IMG/VR virus record: IMGVR_UViG_3300037424_001030
Span: 1 to 48,203 of that record
Reading direction: 5' to 3' (one strand)
From: a virus
DNA length: 48,203 nt
The notes beneath the pieces are model-generated. The model saw only the letters and a list, made by a program, of their open reading frames with translations, was not told where the DNA came from and searched no databases. A program made the translations under genes and the position numbers. Shown piece after piece: positions 1 to 9,003 of the stretch. Each line of letters opens with the position of its first letter. Position 1 is the stretch's first letter.

Positions 1-127
1 GCCCCCGCAGCATAAACCTTGAATGCTTGCGAGTTCATGTAGCTGAATGGGCTACCTCCTGCAATTTCTTGCTTTGCGGTTGCCAACGCACGAGGGCCAA
101 TGGACTCAAACCGGCCAATAGCGCGAG
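1..127. repeat. Left copy of exact 127-bp end overlap (identical to 48077..48203)
   Basis: Direct comparison of the two window ends (gcccccgcagcataaacc...ccaatagcgcgag at both). The repeat lies inside an open minus-strand reading frame. Confidence 0.95.
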
Positions 128-533
128 CCATTCCCGAACTATTCTCCAGCTTTGCAACTCCGCCCAATCCCATGCGGGTTGCTTTCGTCATCAGCAGCCC
201 TGGAACAAGTGACGCACCGATGAAGCCAATTGCATCGGCCCCTTCCTTGTGTTTGTAGTAGTACGATTCAACATCCGTTCCAAGCGCATTGTCCATTTCT
301 GCGAACACTTCCTCAGTCCGCAACCACTTGCCATCCATTTCTCCGCCAAGAAAATTCACTGGAATACTGGCGAGTGCAGTGGGGATATTGGCAACTTCGG
401 TGACAGCAGCAACAGCTCCCGCCGCCAAAGTTGTAGGAAGTGCCGCAACAGAATCCAACCAGTTGCCGGAAACAGTTGGATCGGATTGTGCTGCAATCTC
501 ATGGTTATATGCGGCAGTCAGGAAATCACTCAT
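1..533 (-). CDS. 5' part of giant 1732-aa virion/ejection protein gene (wraps the junction, continues 48076 down to 43411)
   Basis: Hand translation: the frame of track ORF 43411..48162 stays open from base 86 up to the ATG at 533..531. This adds 149 codons (MSDFLTAAYNHEIAAQSDPTVSG...). An in-frame TAA lies at 536..534. The ATG overlaps the TGA of the 750-aa gene (ATGA). Confidence 0.8.
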   Translation of the reverse strand, partial: MSDFLTAAYNHEIAAQSDPTVSGNWLDSVAALPTTLAAGAVAAVTEVANIPTALASIPVNFLGGEMDGKWLRTEEVFAEMDNALGTDVESYYYKHKEGADAIGFIGASLVPGLLMTKATRMGLGGVAKLENSSGMARAIGRFESIGPRALATAKQEIAGGSPFSYMNSQAFKVYAAG

Positions 534-2782
534 TTATTTTCTCCGGTGGGAAGTTTGCTAACGTCAGTTCCGGTAGTCACGTCGGCGATGAATTTCAGAA
601 TGCCATTGCGCATATACAGCGGGCGACCTGCGGAAAGGATCAAAGACAGGACTTTGGTCTCATTGGACAAGTCCATCATTTGATAGTCTGGAGTTTTCAC
701 TCCTTTGTCCCCAGTCTTTTCCTTAAACTCAATGGTCAGGGTTTTACCCTCTGCCACAGGCACTCGATAGGCTTCCTGATCCGGCAGGCCCAGATTTTTG
801 AATTCCTTGGCATAGTTGTTCATTGCAATCTGGGCCTGGAAATATTCCGACACTTGGATTGCGGCTTGTTGTGGGCTCAGCTGTTTCCCAGCCACCAAAG
901 CATTAGCTTCCTTCAAAACTTCTTCGTCCCCTACACCTTGTTTGTCAAACGAATTGCTGGCATTTTTAGTTGCAATTGTGGTGTACAGAATGGATTTACT
1001 GACCCGATCAACAATAGGATTTGCTTTGGTGAATTCCGGAAGTTTGGCGAACTGACCAACACGAGCGAAGTTGGCAGCGTATGGATTGGCCTCCTCGTCC
1101 TTGCCATTTCCACGATTTAAGATGAAATCCCGCTTCTTCTCTGCAATTGACAGAACAATACCCTGACGAATTGCATCGCGTTCCACTTCCGACTTTCCGC
1201 CAGTCTTCATCAATTCATCAATCCCATCTGGAAGATAATTGATTCCGGGAACAGAATTTGCATTCGCACTTGTCGGAGCTGCCCAGCCATTGAATTGACC
1301 ATAGGCGGCATCAAACATTTTGTTTTGCGCAGGAGTGAGTTTGCCAAGATTTTTCTTAGCAGCAACCAAAGGCAAAGGCAAGCGACCATCCGCCCCGACC
1401 ATATATCCAGTAAGCTTTTTATTCCCCGCCAAGAACCTGACATACTCAGCTGGATCATTGAACCCCATTGCCTTGGAAGTATTCAAGAACATTTCCTCAT
1501 CAGCAAGCTGATTGGCTTCCTGCATGCGCTGAGAGAAAGTCAATTGCTTAGGCAAGGTTGCGCGGGCAGCGGAGATATCCTTCATTGCCATAGAGATATC
1601 AATCCGCTGCTGCGCCAGTGCATTCTTGGCTTCCTGGATCTGTAGGCGATTTTCCAGCCCAATGTTCCTGACTTCTTGTTGCAGCCCGAGTTTGTTCGCA
1701 GCAACATCTGCGTTGGCCAGGTTAGCCCGAGATTTCGCTTGGATTTCTTTCTCCACTGCGGACTCGGAAACATTGGGCTGGAGTGCAATCTGCTGCTGGG
1801 CAACAGTTTGAATCTGCGCCAAACTGGCGGTCAGATTTTTCACCGTGTCCTGGGATTGTGCCAGTGCTTTCCGCTGCGTCAATGACAAACTTCCACCAGT
1901 CACTGTATCCAAAACATTGAACAGCGGATTTGCGCTGACTTTGTTAACACTTTCTTGATCAGCACGAAGCTTCGCCATCCCCTGTTGTAGGGCTTGTGCA
2001 GTCAACGATACTTGCGAATTAGAATCATTTAGATTCAAGCCGAAAGCAGACAGCATTGATTCTGTTTGCTTTGCCAACTCAATTTTAGTACTGGCTTCCG
2101 CAGCTTCAACTCCAGTTTTCGCATTGGCTTGTTCGGTTTGGCCGGCTGCAATCTTGTCGATCAATTGCTGGGCAACAGAAGTCGCAGCAGTGGTGTAAGT
2201 GGATTCTTGATCCAACTTGACAGGTTCATACGCAGGGGCACGGGGAGTTCCATTTGCCAAGCGATATGAAGTGCGGGCCTCGCTCAATGTATCGCTTGGG
2301 GTTCCAGTATCCATTTGGCCGGAGTTGCCCATAGCCCCATTCACAAAGTCCCAATAGTTGGCATCACTCGATTGTCCTTGGATTGCAGCAAGCAGTTTTG
2401 GAACATAATGATTGGCAGCAGTATTGCCGGATTTGTCTTTTCCAGCGCCGAAATACAGCGGAGCAAATCTTTCGATATCTCCGCCTGCACGATTCCAGTC
2501 AGCACTGATCTTTTTCAGTGCCGCAATTGTTGCATGCTCAGGATTCAGTGGATCACCATCTGGCATGTAGGCTTCGAAGTTCCCATACTTCGCGCCAAGT
2601 GCACGTGACAGAATCTGTCCGGGGCCAATAGCGCCAGACGAATTGGGTTGATATGCTCCGGGAGCAGAACCATAACTGGATTCAGTTTCGAAAACTGCGC
2701 CAAGAATTTCAAGCGGAACATCTGGGGCATAAGTGGAAGCCAGCTGCCCCAGATTGCCCGCGTCAAGTTGATTGGTGGCCAT
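530..2782 (-). CDS. Internal virion/ejection protein with N-terminal lytic transglycosylase (SLT/GH23-like) domain, 750 aa
   Basis: FETESSYGS...SSGAIGPGQIL resembles the SLT signature (catalytic E-S, then GxxQ). The middle is a long Q/A-rich coiled-coil-like region. There is an ATGA overlap with the giant gene. Confidence 0.7.
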   Translation of the reverse strand: MATNQLDAGNLGQLASTYAPDVPLEILGAVFETESSYGSAPGAYQPNSSGAIGPGQILSRALGAKYGNFEAYMPDGDPLNPEHATIAALKKISADWNRAGGDIERFAPLYFGAGKDKSGNTAANHYVPKLLAAIQGQSSDANYWDFVNGAMGNSGQMDTGTPSDTLSEARTSYRLANGTPRAPAYEPVKLDQESTYTTAATSVAQQLIDKIAAGQTEQANAKTGVEAAEASTKIELAKQTESMLSAFGLNLNDSNSQVSLTAQALQQGMAKLRADQESVNKVSANPLFNVLDTVTGGSLSLTQRKALAQSQDTVKNLTASLAQIQTVAQQQIALQPNVSESAVEKEIQAKSRANLANADVAANKLGLQQEVRNIGLENRLQIQEAKNALAQQRIDISMAMKDISAARATLPKQLTFSQRMQEANQLADEEMFLNTSKAMGFNDPAEYVRFLAGNKKLTGYMVGADGRLPLPLVAAKKNLGKLTPAQNKMFDAAYGQFNGWAAPTSANANSVPGINYLPDGIDELMKTGGKSEVERDAIRQGIVLSIAEKKRDFILNRGNGKDEEANPYAANFARVGQFAKLPEFTKANPIVDRVSKSILYTTIATKNASNSFDKQGVGDEEVLKEANALVAGKQLSPQQAAIQVSEYFQAQIAMNNYAKEFKNLGLPDQEAYRVPVAEGKTLTIEFKEKTGDKGVKTPDYQMMDLSNETKVLSLILSAGRPLYMRNGILKFIADVTTGTDVSKLPTGENK

Positions 2783-3573
2783 TAGTAGCTACTCCCAGTC
2801 CAGAAAACTTCGCCATCGCTGGTTGTGACATAATCATCTTGCTGCACAGACCCATCGCCATACGGATCTTTTTGTGATTCCTGATACTGGTTGTAAGCAG
2901 TTGTTCCTGCATTGATCAAATTGGCAACTGCGGTGAGATTGTCGGTCCTATTCCCGGCAGCATTCTGCGCACCAACTGCGGCATTTGCCCCAGTAGCCCC
3001 AACAAGCGCGCTGTTATACGCAGTATTTGCCCCCATCAAGGCATTGCTGTTGCTGACTTGTGCATTCAACAGTCCAAGAACTGGGCCCAATTGATTTTGC
3101 CGGGCCTGAGAATATGCCAGAATGTTCTGGAACAAGTTGGCCTGGCCTTTTGCAACAGCCCCAGAATATGCATCATTTGCCAGCAATTGTGTGCTGGTGT
3201 CATTATAGATCCCGGAAGACCTAGGATTTGAGTAAATCTTGGGAAGAGATTGTGTCTCATATTGCCGAAAGATTTCATCAATGAATCCCTGTGAGTCCTT
3301 GATAGCATTCCCCCGAGTGAAGGAGGTATCGCCGAGAGCGGACATGAGAGGCTGGAACCGGGAAAAATCCATGCCAGTGGGCTTCATACCTGCCAGCAAA
3401 TCCACATTCCCTTGGGTTACAGCCTGCGCCCCATCCCGATTCCTGTTATTCTGATACTGGGTGATCAAGGCAATAGCGGCATTTTGATACGCAGGATCAG
3501 CATACCACGGCTTGTCTTCCACAGGCGTATCTGACTGCTGTTGGGGTAGTGTTTGCTTACTAGAGGTTGCCAT
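2782..3573 (-). CDS. Hypothetical virion-associated protein, 263 aa (N/Q/A/G-rich)
   Basis: Long ORF in the operon. It shares a TAATG one-base overlap with the downstream gene. No motif was recognised. Confidence 0.6.
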   Translation of the reverse strand: MATSSKQTLPQQQSDTPVEDKPWYADPAYQNAAIALITQYQNNRNRDGAQAVTQGNVDLLAGMKPTGMDFSRFQPLMSALGDTSFTRGNAIKDSQGFIDEIFRQYETQSLPKIYSNPRSSGIYNDTSTQLLANDAYSGAVAKGQANLFQNILAYSQARQNQLGPVLGLLNAQVSNSNALMGANTAYNSALVGATGANAAVGAQNAAGNRTDNLTAVANLINAGTTAYNQYQESQKDPYGDGSVQQDDYVTTSDGEVFWTGSSY

Positions 3574-3587
3574 TTGAATTCTCCAAG

Positions 3588-4361
3588 TTAATCAGAGGCA
3601 GAATTTCGGGAATCGGAATCAGAATCCGAACTGGAAGATGAAGAGGAATCGGAAGAACTGGAACTAGAGGATGAATCAGAGTCAGAACTATCGTTTGAAC
3701 TGGAACTGGAATCATCCCCGGAGTCAAAATCACTACCAGATAATGAGGCAGTCAAACTATCCATAGCCTCGGTATCCATTCCAATCTGAGATTGATTCAA
3801 TGAGTTTCCAAGCTGTTCGGCGTAGCTGACTCCGGCATTACTCAAAGAATTCATACTCCCAGGATTACCAAGAGTATTTCCAAGAGATTCAGCAGCCCCG
3901 CCAAGTGGGTTACCGAGTAAATTATTGAATGCCCCGACAATTCCGAATGCTGGATTAACAACACTGGCCAAAAGCCCAAGTGTGTTACTCATTGTGATCC
4001 CATTATTGGCCATAGAAGCCAAAGAACCCAATTGCCCAAGGCCTGCCAATCCCAGAACGGATGGGGCAACAGATTGAATCGAGGCATTAGGCCGGGATAC
4101 TGCTGATGCAAGCCCCAAGATTCCAGCGAACTGCCCAAGATTTTGATCCTGTGCCAGATTTCCTGCGAGCCCGGACATTGTTGCAGTCATTCCGAGCCCC
4201 CGGGAGATTTCACCCTGCGATGGAGTCCTTGTGCTTGAACTTCCTGAACTGGAACTTGACGCGTCTGACCCCCCTGAACGTCCTGAATTAACAACTCCGG
4301 CGTTGTATTGTTCAAGAAGTTTCAGGAGGGCCAAAAGTTCATCCTGATTAGGATTGTTCAT
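3588..4361 (-). CDS. Hypothetical protein, 257 aa, glycine-zipper-like repeats plus poly-Ser/Asp C-terminal tail
   Basis: Contains repeated LGNxLG/GLAG segments. The last ~50 aa are almost only S and D. ATGA overlap with the spanin gene stop. Confidence 0.65.
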   Translation of the reverse strand: MNNPNQDELLALLKLLEQYNAGVVNSGRSGGSDASSSSSGSSSTRTPSQGEISRGLGMTATMSGLAGNLAQDQNLGQFAGILGLASAVSRPNASIQSVAPSVLGLAGLGQLGSLASMANNGITMSNTLGLLASVVNPAFGIVGAFNNLLGNPLGGAAESLGNTLGNPGSMNSLSNAGVSYAEQLGNSLNQSQIGMDTEAMDSLTASLSGSDFDSGDDSSSSSNDSSDSDSSSSSSSSDSSSSSSSDSDSDSRNSASD

Positions 4362-4810
4362 TTGATCGGTTCCATTCCGGTGATATCGGAAATCAGACCT
4401 TCAATGATATCAGCATGCGCATCAATCGCTTTCAGGTCTACTTGGAGGAGTTCAGCTTTTCTTGCCACTTGGAGATATCGTTCTGCGCATTCTCCAAGAA
4501 CTTCTCCTGCAACAGTGAGCGATCGATGGCAGGCTTCGACGGAATCTCGGGGAGCTTTTGCAGCGGATTTGCGCAAGCTTGTAACAGCAGGAGCAATGTT
4601 AGCTGCAGTAACTTCCACTTTGCGGATACCGGTCGTTTGATCATTTTTGACTTTCCCAGATTCAGAATGGGCCTCGGTGAGGTCTTTCAAGTTGTTGACT
4701 TCCATTTTCAACAACTTGTTTTCTTTCTTTATATCGAGGTAGCTATAAACAGCAATTCCTCCGACGGCAACACTGATGACGATTGCAACTGCGGCAGAGC
4801 TTATTGACAT
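4358..4810 (-). CDS. i-spanin (Rz-like), 150 aa
   Basis: N-terminal TM segment (AAVAIVISVAVGGIAVY) followed by a charged coiled-coil-like periplasmic part with 2 Cys. Lies immediately after the endolysin (TAATG overlap). Contains an embedded lipoprotein ORF in another frame. Confidence 0.65.
   Translation of the reverse strand: MSISSAAVAIVISVAVGGIAVYSYLDIKKENKLLKMEVNNLKDLTEAHSESGKVKNDQTTGIRKVEVTAANIAPAVTSLRKSAAKAPRDSVEACHRSLTVAGEVLGECAERYLQVARKAELLQVDLKAIDAHADIIEGLISDITGMEPIK
4438..4644 (-). CDS. o-spanin (Rz1-like) lipoprotein, 68 aa, fully embedded in the i-spanin gene in a different frame
   Basis: Signal peptide with lipobox LLLQA-C (Cys24). The mature part is short and Pro-rich (CANPLQKLPEIPSKP...). 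The embedded architecture matches lambda Rz/Rz1. Confidence 0.6.
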   Translation of the reverse strand: MIKRPVSAKWKLLQLTLLLLLQACANPLQKLPEIPSKPAIDRSLLQEKFLENAQNDISKWQEKLNSSK

Positions 4811-5247
4811 TATCGTTTACCCCCATAAGAACATGAGAAATGATTTCCATCATTAAAGTCAATTCCTGCGCCAGGAACTATTCCGAAATGTGGGCCAATT
4901 TGTTTCCAGAGATTCGCCAGAGGTCTGTAAGACGCTGAATTGGTTTGATACTGCCCATTTCTGAATAGCATCAAATCCACTGCCAATCTTTGAGTGTGGA
5001 GCGAAGTAGCAATTCCAAGGCCTCGTCTAGCATATTCAGCCGCAACCCACGTGGGACGATGAAACTCGCCAAATGTAACTTGAGCGCCAGGAATTCGCTG
5101 CGGAATCTGAGTGATGAAATAGCTGAGTGCCTGAGCACATCGCTGCTGATACTGTGACAATTTGGGGTCATCTTCCGGTTGAAGAGTCCCAACTGCAACT
5201 GCAGCTGCAATAGCTATTACTGCCGATGGAATTGCTACTTTGTTCAT
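4810..5247 (-). CDS. Endolysin, M15-family (L-Ala-D-Glu / VanY-like) zinc peptidase with N-terminal signal-anchor, 145 aa
   Basis: Start moved to the ATG at 5247 (ATGA overlap with the holin stop). SLHTQRLAVDL and DGNHF match the S-x-H...A-x-D and D-x-x-H metal-binding motifs of M15 peptidases. The N-terminus MNKVAIPSAVIAIAAAVAVG is an Ala/Gly-rich hydrophobic segment. Confidence 0.75.
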   Translation of the reverse strand: MNKVAIPSAVIAIAAAVAVGTLQPEDDPKLSQYQQRCAQALSYFITQIPQRIPGAQVTFGEFHRPTWVAAEYARRGLGIATSLHTQRLAVDLMLFRNGQYQTNSASYRPLANLWKQIGPHFGIVPGAGIDFNDGNHFSCSYGGKR

Positions 5248-5483
5248 GGCTCGCCATAGTTGGTGGTGTCTGGAAGTTTGTGCCGAAATTTGTGCACGTC
5301 TTTCCAAATCTGGAAAACTTTGTGCACTACCAGAAGAAGTGTATAGAGTGCGGTGCCCCACAAGATCCAGGTTTGCAAGTTTGCTCCTAACGCTTCAGAG
5401 CCTAGAACGCCAAGCGGCGGCGATAGTTTCAATGTCTCCATCAATCCTTGAGATTGATGTTGAATGGATTCTTTAATAGACAT
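5244..5483 (-). CDS. Putative holin, 79 aa
   Basis: Small protein directly upstream of the endolysin and overlapping it. It has a hydrophobic segment (TWILWGTALYTLLLVV) and a charged C-terminus. No family-level motif was recognised. Confidence 0.45.
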   Translation of the reverse strand: MSIKESIQHQSQGLMETLKLSPPLGVLGSEALGANLQTWILWGTALYTLLLVVHKVFQIWKDVHKFRHKLPDTTNYGEP

Positions 5484-5537
5484 GGGAGTAGTATATATTA
5501 AATATTACGCAATATCTTTGGGAGGATCGCTAATTAT

Positions 5538-5921
5538 TTAATTGCCGGGGGCTTCAGCAAATAGAGTATCCATATTCAAACTCATCTGCTCTCTGATTTT
5601 CTGCAGGTACACATTGCCGTAAGTAACTACCCCAGAGTTATCCCAGTAATTCTTCGTCAGAGCGCGAAGTTCTGGATCTTGAATGGTGGATATGGCCTGT
5701 TGCACATCTGCCTCAGATTTACCAGACTTTATCAAAGCCGCACGGAATGCGTAGGAAGACACCATCTGGTTATTCCGCTTGGTATTACGCTTTTCCTCGA
5801 AAAATTCCCGGAACTTGGCGTCAGTTTCCAGAATGACACTCTGGGCTAGGCGCAGCATGTCATCCCCCGCCTTCCCTTCAGCCAGATGCCACTCACCCTC
5901 GATCAATAGCAGTTTTTTCAT
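5538..5921 (-). CDS. Hypothetical protein, 127 aa
   Basis: ORF in the operon between the fibre genes and the lysis cassette. No motif was recognised. Confidence 0.6.
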   Translation of the reverse strand: MKKLLLIEGEWHLAEGKAGDDMLRLAQSVILETDAKFREFFEEKRNTKRNNQMVSSYAFRAALIKSGKSEADVQQAISTIQDPELRALTKNYWDNSGVVTYGNVYLQKIREQMSLNMDTLFAEAPGN

Positions 5922-5930
5922 TTTAATTCC

Positions 5931-6740
5931 TTAGGTATATTGAATGTAATGCCCGCTCACATGGGCAGCTTCTACATTGGATTCATCTGTTTGAACCCCA
6001 ACAGACAAAACATCGCCTGGGGCAACTATGACCCAGGCTACACTGCACGATGCTTGTAGGTGAAGATTGCCAGTGCTTGCAATGCAACGAGCAGAACTAA
6101 GTGCGGCCCCATTCAACCGAATATCGCAATATACAGCACGAATGGGAGGAGCTTCCCGGAGTTCACCTGTGACATGGGTAGCGATTGCCATCTTCCCTGC
6201 CACAGTCACATTCTTTGTCCAAACAATGACAGAGATTGGTACCCCCAAATCTGGAATAGGACCATAGCTCTCGTAGAAACCGTCCAAATCCAGTTCGTTA
6301 TACTCTGGTACAATAGATCGAACTGTGCAGACACCATTCACATCACAGTCAAGTGCAAACTGTGTTGCGTCAAACAAAAGATTTCCTCTTGACCACAGCT
6401 GGCAATGATCGATCAAATCCACACAATCAATTGTCAAATTGCCCTCGGACGTGAAACCCAGCCCGGTCTCTGGCTCAATGCGCACCGAAATGAAGTGGCC
6501 GTTTTCACAATCGCCGGACATTTGAATGCCGGCGCCAGGTTTGTAATTCAGTGGCGTGAGAGTTTCACACGTGTTGGCCGGGTCTTCATTTCCGGGACAA
6601 TCGAAATAGAAAGTGCACGTGCAGGGGTTGTACCACAATTGGCCCGGTAGCAAATTGTTTGGCGGCACACAGTCGGGGCCCGTGATGATTGGGCAGCTGA
6701 CACATGTGAAGTGGATATCGCAGCAAGGATTGGTTGCCAT
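5931..6740 (-). CDS. Cys-rich tail fibre-like protein, 269 aa (17 Cys)
   Basis: N-terminal Cys cluster (MATNPCCDIHFTCVSCP...). The motif GNLTIDCVDLIDHCQLW is shared with the 418-aa protein. The C-terminal ~110 aa is jelly-roll-like (see findings). Lies next to the tailspike. Confidence 0.55.
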   Translation of the reverse strand: MATNPCCDIHFTCVSCPIITGPDCVPPNNLLPGQLWYNPCTCTFYFDCPGNEDPANTCETLTPLNYKPGAGIQMSGDCENGHFISVRIEPETGLGFTSEGNLTIDCVDLIDHCQLWSRGNLLFDATQFALDCDVNGVCTVRSIVPEYNELDLDGFYESYGPIPDLGVPISVIVWTKNVTVAGKMAIATHVTGELREAPPIRAVYCDIRLNGAALSSARCIASTGNLHLQASCSVAWVIVAPGDVLSVGVQTDESNVEAAHVSGHYIQYT

Positions 6741-6752
6741 TTTGAATTCCTT

Positions 6753-8390
6753 TTAGGACAAGACAGTTATTACTGCTGGAGCCGGGGATGCCGAGGATGC
6801 CCCAGACGACCCGGACATGAAAGCTGCGGCAACTTTAGCATTTGCTTTATTTCCGACTCGCAGTCCGTATGTTCCACCGGACATTTTTCCTGATGCCACG
6901 GATATTTCAGTTGTACGGACAGATGCATCGGTGCCCATCAGATAGTAAGCTGTCTCGAATGCCGCAGCAGTCCAATTGCCGACCTGCGAAATATGTCCAA
7001 CATTAGTAAGTGCTACACCGGATACTTGACATCCTCTGGAAGTCAGCGATTTGCCCACGCCAGCTATATTGATATTCTCAACGGCAATTCCGCCAAGATT
7101 CAGATAGATTGGTCGAGTATTGGTAGTGATATCCGCATAAATATCAATAGTGTTTATGGCGGCGTTGGAAGTGAAATCTCCCATCACCCCATTATCTCCA
7201 ACAGTAACATCTCCTACAACATGCACTCCATAGCTAGGAAATTTATCAAATGCGGCAGCGACATAAAAAGGCTGAAGCAGTATGCAGTGCCGGGCAATAT
7301 TACCCGTCAATTCTACATTGATATGCCCCCCAGCAGCTTGCCAAGTGATCCCATCTTCTCCGGCCTCAGTCCGCATATCCCCAACGATTTTTCCTGTGCT
7401 GGATATGCCAAACACTGCCGGATGAGTATCAACAACTGCAGCTGTGCAGTGCGTCCCAACAACATCGCCAAAACTTCCCCCGGTGCACGGGGTTGTGCCA
7501 TATGCGCCGTGAGTAAGAACATGTCGGCAGTTCTGTCCACGAATAAAATCTACTCGTGTGTTGCCGCAGCCTGCCACCACAATACCATACCCCAGTCCCG
7601 CAGCATTCGAATCCTTTGCAAATACCGAAGAAATATAAGTATTGTAGCATTGCTGCAATACAACACTGCGGGCCGCGCAGGATTCCACATGGATATCCCG
7701 CAAGACTGCGTCTGAGTAGTTCAACAAACTAAGTCCATTAACAGCTGAAGCGCCGCCAATGATTTTAATAGATGAAAATTCCACCGCAACTTTTGGCAGT
7801 CTACGGACAGATGCGGCATTTGCAGTCAACAAATTAACATAAGCCCCCTCATCCACTGTGAACGAATCAGCAGTGGGAATGGTTCTTACTCTGCCCCAGT
7901 GAGAAGCGAGAGAATTGGTAGCAGTCTCAGCAATCAGATTAGACTGGGCGAGGATAACATCGCCTGGCAAAAATCCGTGACCTGTAGCTGCAAAAGCATT
8001 ACTGCCTTGCCGAGTATTTGCAGTAAGAGACTTTGCAGCTTCAAATACTGCACCAGAATCTGCAACCCAAACGGTACCTGTCGCAATGGCAGATCCGTCA
8101 ATGGTCATGTTCTGGGCTTTGTACACCGGGGAGGTGATAGCTGTATTGACTTTGTATGTCAATCCGACCCCATCAACCACAACTTGATTGGCCTCCCCAT
8201 ACACAAGTGCATCCGTAACTGCCTGAAAATCATCCGCAACTCCATCGCCTACAGCCCCAAAATTCAGCGGAGTCACGTAACCAAAGTACTCGGCCATTTG
8301 TGCCAGAGTAAAATCGGAAAATCCTTTAGGAGGGAATACTCCCAGCCCAATCAGATCAGGAACAAGTTTTCCCAAATTGTAGTTGCTCAT
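6753..8390 (-). CDS. Tailspike / depolymerase with pectate-lyase-like right-handed beta-helix, 545 aa
   Basis: Start moved to the ATG at 8390 (ATGA overlap with the upstream stop). LNFGAVGDGVADDFQAVTDAL matches the N-terminal signature of pectate-lyase-superfamily tailspikes. The rest is G/N/T/V-rich and repetitive. Confidence 0.7.
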   Translation of the reverse strand: MSNYNLGKLVPDLIGLGVFPPKGFSDFTLAQMAEYFGYVTPLNFGAVGDGVADDFQAVTDALVYGEANQVVVDGVGLTYKVNTAITSPVYKAQNMTIDGSAIATGTVWVADSGAVFEAAKSLTANTRQGSNAFAATGHGFLPGDVILAQSNLIAETATNSLASHWGRVRTIPTADSFTVDEGAYVNLLTANAASVRRLPKVAVEFSSIKIIGGASAVNGLSLLNYSDAVLRDIHVESCAARSVVLQQCYNTYISSVFAKDSNAAGLGYGIVVAGCGNTRVDFIRGQNCRHVLTHGAYGTTPCTGGSFGDVVGTHCTAAVVDTHPAVFGISSTGKIVGDMRTEAGEDGITWQAAGGHINVELTGNIARHCILLQPFYVAAAFDKFPSYGVHVVGDVTVGDNGVMGDFTSNAAINTIDIYADITTNTRPIYLNLGGIAVENINIAGVGKSLTSRGCQVSGVALTNVGHISQVGNWTAAAFETAYYLMGTDASVRTTEISVASGKMSGGTYGLRVGNKANAKVAAAFMSGSSGASSASPAPAVITVLS

Positions 8391-8962
8391 GGTTGCACCT
8401 CCCATCCAGAAATACCAGTAACATTCAAGCCAGTGTAGGTAAATGTTTTGACCCAAGTATCAACACCGTCTGTGACAGTAATGGTTTCAACATTATCATC
8501 AATGTTGTATGCAAGGGCTTGGGGCAGAGAGTGGAAATCAGCCGGAAGCACAGCGCCAACAGAATCATAATCCTGCAGGAAAGGGGTTTGCTCACGAACT
8601 GCAGCCTCAATTTCCTCGCCCACAGATTCCATCGTCCCTTGCAGGGCAGCAGTTTGAGTCTCCGAAATGGTTTGCAATTGATCGATTGTCGCAGGGCACA
8701 AATTTGTACTAGCAGCGGAATCGCAGCCGGTGCCGACCAGATTTTCTGGGCAAGGGATACGATCAGCAATTGTGAAACCGGGCAGAGGAATTGTTACTTC
8801 GGAATCGGCAAACAATGCGAAACCAGTGATAACTTCGCCGGCACAGACAGCCGTAACCCATGCAGGAATGGTGAGTGCATCGGATTCACGACGTACACAA
8901 ATCAGGAGTGGATCGTCTCCGCATTGGGGCAGCACAAGCCCAGCACAATTTTGACAGCTCAT
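8387..8962 (-). CDS. Cys-rich tail-associated protein, 191 aa
   Basis: N-terminal MSCQNCAGLVLPQCGDDPLLIC cluster. SD AGGAA upstream. ATGA overlap with the tailspike gene. Confidence 0.55.
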   Translation of the reverse strand: MSCQNCAGLVLPQCGDDPLLICVRRESDALTIPAWVTAVCAGEVITGFALFADSEVTIPLPGFTIADRIPCPENLVGTGCDSAASTNLCPATIDQLQTISETQTAALQGTMESVGEEIEAAVREQTPFLQDYDSVGAVLPADFHSLPQALAYNIDDNVETITVTDGVDTWVKTFTYTGLNVTGISGWEVQP

Positions 8963-9003
8963 TTTGGATTCCTAGAGAATTATTGCAAAGAAGTTGAAAG
9001 TAG

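Noticed and set aside
1-127. The end repeat read as a genuine short direct terminal repeat, as in T7-like phages
   Set aside because: The repeat lies inside a continuous coding frame, and its length equals a common assembler k-mer. A physical DTR cannot be excluded without reads, so this is treated as circular closure.
27-683. Plus-strand ORFs 27..212, 249..683, 289..561 and 440..1120 at the left end
   Set aside because: They lie antisense to the N-terminal part of the giant gene and to the 3' end of the 750-aa gene. They appear only because the window cuts the real minus-strand gene.
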